DNA of 36,197 nucleotides from an uncultured Methanosarcinales archaeon (GTDB lineage Archaea; Nanobdellota; Nanobdellia; Woesearchaeales; GW2011-AR9): NCBI GenBank assembly GCA_964360115.1, contig CAYHVV010000001.1, positions 1 to 36,197 of the forward strand, read 5' to 3'. Shown piece by piece: positions 32,489 to 36,197 of this stretch (position 1 is its first letter; each line of letters starts with the position of its first letter). The notes under the pieces were generated by a model. It saw only the letters and a program-made list of their open reading frames with translations, ran no database searches and was not told where the DNA came from. The position numbers and the translations under genes were made by a program.

Positions 32489-33550
32489 TCAATCTAACTT
32501 CTTAACTGATAACAACTCCAATTTCCCTGTGAGAGGCAATGTGTTATTATGTTCCTCCGCTAATTTATCGTAGGGTATATTAATAATTTCTGCAAGTTTC
32601 CCTATTTCATCTCTAAAACATGATTGTTTATTTGTATAAGCATAATTAACAAATAATAAGGCAATTTCATTTTCTTTTTCCCGTTTAACATTTAACCAGA
32701 AGAAAAGTTGAATACCCCCTATCTTTTCTAGTTCGGGCATCACACTAATATTTTCATCAAAAAACTCCTTTAGCCATCTATGTATAGCATCGCCATTCCA
32801 TTTTAAAAGATACTCCGGCAAACCTTTCTCTGGATTAATGCCTTGAGGAATTTCAATTACAGAGAAATCACTTGCATCAATTACCAAAAACAATGGAGAA
32901 TCGACATCTTTTCCTTTTAAATCTAGATTCTCAATTTTATCTTTAAGTTTATTTTTTAGTTTATTCTTGTCAATATTATTAAGTGGAGTGTCTAAAGTGA
33001 GCCTCTTTATATCAAGATAGTAATTACGATTTTCTGAAATAGGAATAATTAAATCAAAAATTGCATCTTTTTCATATCTCAACTCATGCGTTTTTCCTGA
33101 AATGTAGAACTTTTCTAAACCAGCAGAGATGTTACAGATGCATACAATTTCTGAAAATAAGCTTAGTATCTTTCTAAATTTGTTTTCATTGAAATTTCTA
33201 AATAACCCCCCCATCTTATTGCTATTAAGAACTATTTTAATATAATTCTCAAACACATCATTTTTTCTATCTAATATTGTAAGTGCAGAACTTACCTCAT
33301 AAAAGAATAGCAACATATTGTAATACTCCGAGTCACCCAGAAAACCTTTCAGTTCAACAAAGTTAATACCTGTAAGTTCTGCAAGTTTGGATAATAATGT
33401 TTCATCTCTCTTTTTAAAATCCTCTGAATCAACAAGCACTTCGTTAAGATAATGATCTTCGCTTATGAAAACTTCTTTTTGAAAATGACCTGATAATCTG
33501 TAATTTGAAATCCACCCTACATTTTTTAGAAAATCTGGCAAATCACTCAT
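32489..33550 (-). CDS. Orphan 353-aa protein with a possible PD-(D/E)xK-like motif
   Basis: I start it at the ATG at 33550 (MSDLPDFL), which overlaps the TAA of the small upstream ORF by 1 nt. Candidate nuclease motif FDLIIP-x9-YYLDIK (33005-33055). No family recognised. Confidence 0.5.
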   Translation of the reverse strand: MSDLPDFLKNVGWISNYRLSGHFQKEVFISEDHYLNEVLVDSEDFKKRDETLLSKLAELTGINFVELKGFLGDSEYYNMLLFFYEVSSALTILDRKNDVFENYIKIVLNSNKMGGLFRNFNENKFRKILSLFSEIVCICNISAGLEKFYISGKTHELRYEKDAIFDLIIPISENRNYYLDIKRLTLDTPLNNIDKNKLKNKLKDKIENLDLKGKDVDSPLFLVIDASDFSVIEIPQGINPEKGLPEYLLKWNGDAIHRWLKEFFDENISVMPELEKIGGIQLFFWLNVKREKENEIALLFVNYAYTNKQSCFRDEIGKLAEIINIPYDKLAEEHNNTLPLTGKLELLSVKKLD

Positions 33551-33729
33551 TATTTCAATCTCTTCCCTAACCAAAATAGCCTGAAGCCAGCCACTACCAT
33601 AAGAATCGCTGCAAAGAGAAACCATAGCGGCCCTAACTTAAATCCCACTACAATCATCGCTGCTGCCCAACCTAGATAAATATAAGCCCATGTACGGTTC
33701 TGATCCTTACTACTTTGGTGGAATTTCAT
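33550..33729 (-). CDS. Unannotated 59-aa two-TM protein
   Basis: Not in the ORF track. Sequence: MKFHQSSKDQNRTWAYIYLGWAAAMIVVGFKLGPLWFLFAAILMVVAGFRLFWLGKRLK. It has two clear hydrophobic helices and a basic tail. It occupies the region the track assigns, in another frame, to the N-terminus of the 378-aa ORF. Confidence 0.55.
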   Translation of the reverse strand: MKFHQSSKDQNRTWAYIYLGWAAAMIVVGFKLGPLWFLFAAILMVVAGFRLFWLGKRLK

Positions 33730-33805
33730 CTTAAATTATGGTGAGAAGAATCATGATTTCTTTTCATGTTATTCCTCCTTTAAACTGTCTTTTATAAATC
33801 CTTCT

Positions 33806-33865
33806 TCATTTAGCAGTGCAATAAAAAGAAAGATCAAAAATAGACAAATCAGGCTGGAAATCTAC
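33806..33865 (-). repeat. Duplicate of the 3' end of the transglutaminase-like gene (decoy C-terminus VDFQPDLSIFDLSFYCTAK-stop)
   Basis: 49 of 60 nt identical to 34741-34800 with no indels. The reading frame and the TGA (33806-33808, minus strand) are preserved. Confidence 0.8.
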
Positions 33866-33887
33866 AAAAGATCAAGGAGATACCTGG

Positions 33888-34703
33888 TCAATGATTTTCC
33901 ATTTTTCTTAACATCTCTTCAGAATAGATTCCTGTTTTGCACAACTGCTCTAATTCTTGATCTGAAAGTTTCAATAACTGCTCCAACCATGAAGTAATAG
34001 CTGTATTTTCAACGGAAGTTGCAACTAGATTAATGATAGTTATTTCAACTAGTCTTGTATATATTTCTTCCGTAGTTAGTCTGTCAATTTCATTTAGCTT
34101 CTCCTTTTTTTTAGTTAAGAAGACAACTATATTTGGAGGTTGATAGAAAGTATCTTCATGATCTATACTATTTCTTAATCTAGAATCAACGGTCGATTTT
34201 ATTTTAGCTAGAGAAATACTATATTTTCCTTCTAGTTCCTTAAGACATTCTTTTAGCAGTACCACGTTTAAATGATTTTTCTTAGGCTTTAATCCAGCCA
34301 ACCACACCAATCTTCTAAGATTGTTCCAGAATGATTCGAGGGACGATGCATAAGCTCTAGCTAAAGCTATTGCTGCCGTTTCATCATCTTTTGTTTTGTT
34401 TTTATAATCGCCAACTACTGAAGCCATTTCACTCATCCTTTGTATCATCATTATTCTTCTAGTGTCATCTATCAGCATACTACTATGAATGCTTCTTTTT
34501 TCCATCATCTTGCCTATTAAACTCGCATATTCCCTATGATATTCCAAGAATAATTTTAATAATGCTGGTTTCCCCGAAAATATGGGCAATGATGTTAAAT
34601 TTTTTGGGAAATTGTTCTGATGACTTATCATCTCTTGGATGCTTTTTCTTGGCTCCTTAAGAAAAATTTCTTGTCTCTTCCTTCTTTCTTCAAAGTGATC
34701 CAT
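33888..34703 (-). CDS. Orphan all-helical protein with an R-N-x3-H (HEPN-type) motif
   Basis: SRLRNSIDHED (Arg codon 34173-34175, His codon 34158-34160) matches the RNxxxH form of the HEPN RNase motif. The composition predicts helices throughout. No other family recognised. Confidence 0.45.
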   Translation of the reverse strand: MDHFEERRKRQEIFLKEPRKSIQEMISHQNNFPKNLTSLPIFSGKPALLKLFLEYHREYASLIGKMMEKRSIHSSMLIDDTRRIMMIQRMSEMASVVGDYKNKTKDDETAAIALARAYASSLESFWNNLRRLVWLAGLKPKKNHLNVVLLKECLKELEGKYSISLAKIKSTVDSRLRNSIDHEDTFYQPPNIVVFLTKKKEKLNEIDRLTTEEIYTRLVEITIINLVATSVENTAITSWLEQLLKLSDQELEQLCKTGIYSEEMLRKMENH

Positions 34704-34740
34704 TCTAATCTCAAAATTGAACTGATTTAAATAGTTTTAT

Positions 34741-36197
34741 TCACTTCGCAATACAATAAGAAGACGCATCAAAAATAGATAAATCTGGCTGGAAATCTAG
34801 TGTCTTAGTTTCGCCAGGCTGGATGACCCAGCAACCGATCTCTTCATCTTTTATTGCTCCGTTAGCATATATCGAAGCAATCGCACATCCTGCTCCTGGC
34901 ACTTCCCCGCTATTAGAAAACGTGATCGGCACGGAAGCGACAAAGAAGTCTTGTAAATTGAAACTTATTCCGCACTCACCAATATTCTTAGTTATGGAAG
35001 GAAGTTTGATGGTTGCATCTACAGGTAATATAACCTGAGGATTATTATTCCAGTCAAGTTTAATGATTTTAGTGTTTTCTTTATTCTGGTTGACATTATT
35101 TATTCCAGATGCTAAGGCATTATCAAAGTTTAGTGAAGTAGTTTCAATAGGCACATACACACCATCTTTGTTAATATATCCAGCGAAAGCATGTCCTGGC
35201 GTTAGGAAAATTACTGGCTCCATGCCTATCGCAGAAAGTAAGGAAGCATACAATACTGCATTGTCTTCACAGTCCCCAGCTTTGTTGGATAGTGTTTCGG
35301 TAGGGAATTGTACATAATCCCCCTGCTTGTTAAATGGATCATTGACATACTGAATGCCGTAGGCTCGCATGGATTCTAGAAGCCATCTCGCCGCTAATTC
35401 TTGCTCTTTCACTGTCCCTACACTGGATGCCGCTGCTAGTCCAGAAGTTGCCCTGCTCGCAAATTCTTTGATTATAGGGTGATTGGGTGTTATCCATGAC
35501 GAAATCTCATAAGGATTAGACCAATCCATGAAATTCTTGCCCATCAGTTGCAGAGTTGCAGTATCGGAACTTGAATGTGGTCTATTGTGTTCATCTTCAA
35601 AGTTTAGCTGTATATTTGTTTTCAATTGCATCTGGCTAGTAATGTCTAAAGCCTTAGTGGTAAAATCTAACTTTACCTCTCTGGATTGTTGATCATTAAC
35701 GTAAATAGCTCCCAAGTTGATAATTTCATCATTGAAATAACTGTCAGGAGAAGATATTCTTACAGAAACATCTTTTGCCATAGAGTTTCCAGAATTAGAA
35801 ATGCTGAGAGAAGCAATTGTTCTTTCTTTTGCTTTGAGATAAGTTACGGATTTAAGACCATATTGCTGAAGGCTTGTTGTTAATACGGGCTTTAGTTCAA
35901 TGCATTGATTTTGTTCACACTTGTAACCAGTAGAACAACCTGCATCTTGACAACAATTCTCAGCTGTTTCTCCTTCTTCCTTTATTCCGTTGCCACAGAC
36001 AGCTAATTTTTTGCAGATGTTTTGATCGCAATCATATCCTTGTGGACATCCGCAATCTATGCAACAAGTGCTAGAATCTTCTCCTGATTCGCATTTCTCG
36101 TTGCCACAATACGTCTTTTCTATTTCTATAGCTTTTTCTACCGGAGCACAGCTAGATAATAAAAGTAACAAAGAAAGAGATAAAATTAGTATTTTCA
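34741..36197 (-). CDS. Transglutaminase-like (papain-fold) lipoprotein with a Cys-rich N-terminus; 5' end runs off the window
   Basis: GDCEDNAVLYASLLSAIGMEPVIFLTPGHAFAGY is the transglutaminase-core Cys ... His pattern. Reading upstream of the track's TTG start gives (M)KILILSLSLLLLLSSC, a lipobox, with the ATG apparently starting at window position 36198. Confidence 0.75.
   Translation of the reverse strand, partial: KILILSLSLLLLLSSCAPVEKAIEIEKTYCGNEKCESGEDSSTCCIDCGCPQGYDCDQNICKKLAVCGNGIKEEGETAENCCQDAGCSTGYKCEQNQCIELKPVLTTSLQQYGLKSVTYLKAKERTIASLSISNSGNSMAKDVSVRISSPDSYFNDEIINLGAIYVNDQQSREVKLDFTTKALDITSQMQLKTNIQLNFEDEHNRPHSSSDTATLQLMGKNFMDWSNPYEISSWITPNHPIIKEFASRATSGLAAASSVGTVKEQELAARWLLESMRAYGIQYVNDPFNKQGDYVQFPTETLSNKAGDCEDNAVLYASLLSAIGMEPVIFLTPGHAFAGYINKDGVYVPIETTSLNFDNALASGINNVNQNKENTKIIKLDWNNNPQVILPVDATIKLPSITKNIGECGISFNLQDFFVASVPITFSNSGEVPGAGCAIASIYANGAIKDEEIGCWVIQPGETKTLDFQPDLSIFDASSYCIAK

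Noticed and set aside
33551-33625. 25-aa N-terminal extension of the 378-aa ORF
   Set aside because: This region is better explained by the 59-aa two-TM ORF in another frame, ending in a TAATG junction with the ATG at 33550.
33727-33767. 13-codon micro-ORF (MKRNHDSSHHNLR) with an aggagg RBS and an ATGA overlap onto the 59-aa ORF
   Set aside because: It is too short to support from sequence alone. The strong SD-like sequence may simply serve the downstream ORF or be chance. Noted only as something ribosome profiling could resolve.

Overview
AT-rich window from an archaeon. Evidence for archaeal origin: ribosomal protein L15e (archaea/eukaryotes only), archease, class III pilin-type signal peptides, and TTTAAATA-type TATA boxes 23-35 nt upstream of start codons. 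A small-genome, host-dependent (DPANN-like) lifestyle is my inference, not something the sequence shows. I saw no rRNA, tRNA, CRISPR array, transposase or integrase. Content from left to right: (1) an MNT/HEPN pair bracketed by two ~185-nt hairpin-rich repeats. (2) Housekeeping and transport genes: nucleoside phosphorylase, cupredoxin lipoprotein, archease, DedA, CBS-domain protein, CPA2 antiporter, CorA, L15e. An AbrB/RelE toxin-antitoxin pair lies among them. (3) A 16.6-kb surface locus (13709-30290) made of two tandem bicistrons. Each is a pilin-signal protein fused by an ATGA overlap to a large secreted protein. The second large protein is a 3,839-aa giant whose C-terminal half is a string of enzyme-like modules (two kinase-like, one GNAT-like and others). 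The modules are separated by five copies of a Cys-bracketed Ala/Gly-rich hydrophobic loop. The first large protein ends in a caspase-fold-like His/Cys module. (4) An accessory right end: metallophosphoesterase, Cys-rich lipoprotein, a 3'-truncated PLD/Nuc lipoprotein, a more AT-rich block of orphan genes (RNxxxH HEPN-like protein, unannotated 59-aa 2-TM protein, 353-aa protein), and a transglutaminase-like lipoprotein. Two non-genic patterns stand out. First, a ~75-nt repeat ending in a TATA box sits in front of three unlinked transcription units, including the giant-gene operon. Second, three times in the window a small cassette sits immediately 3' of a host gene and is followed by an in-frame duplicate of that gene's last 10-23 codons plus stop codon. 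All domain calls come from motifs read by eye. No searches or computations were run.
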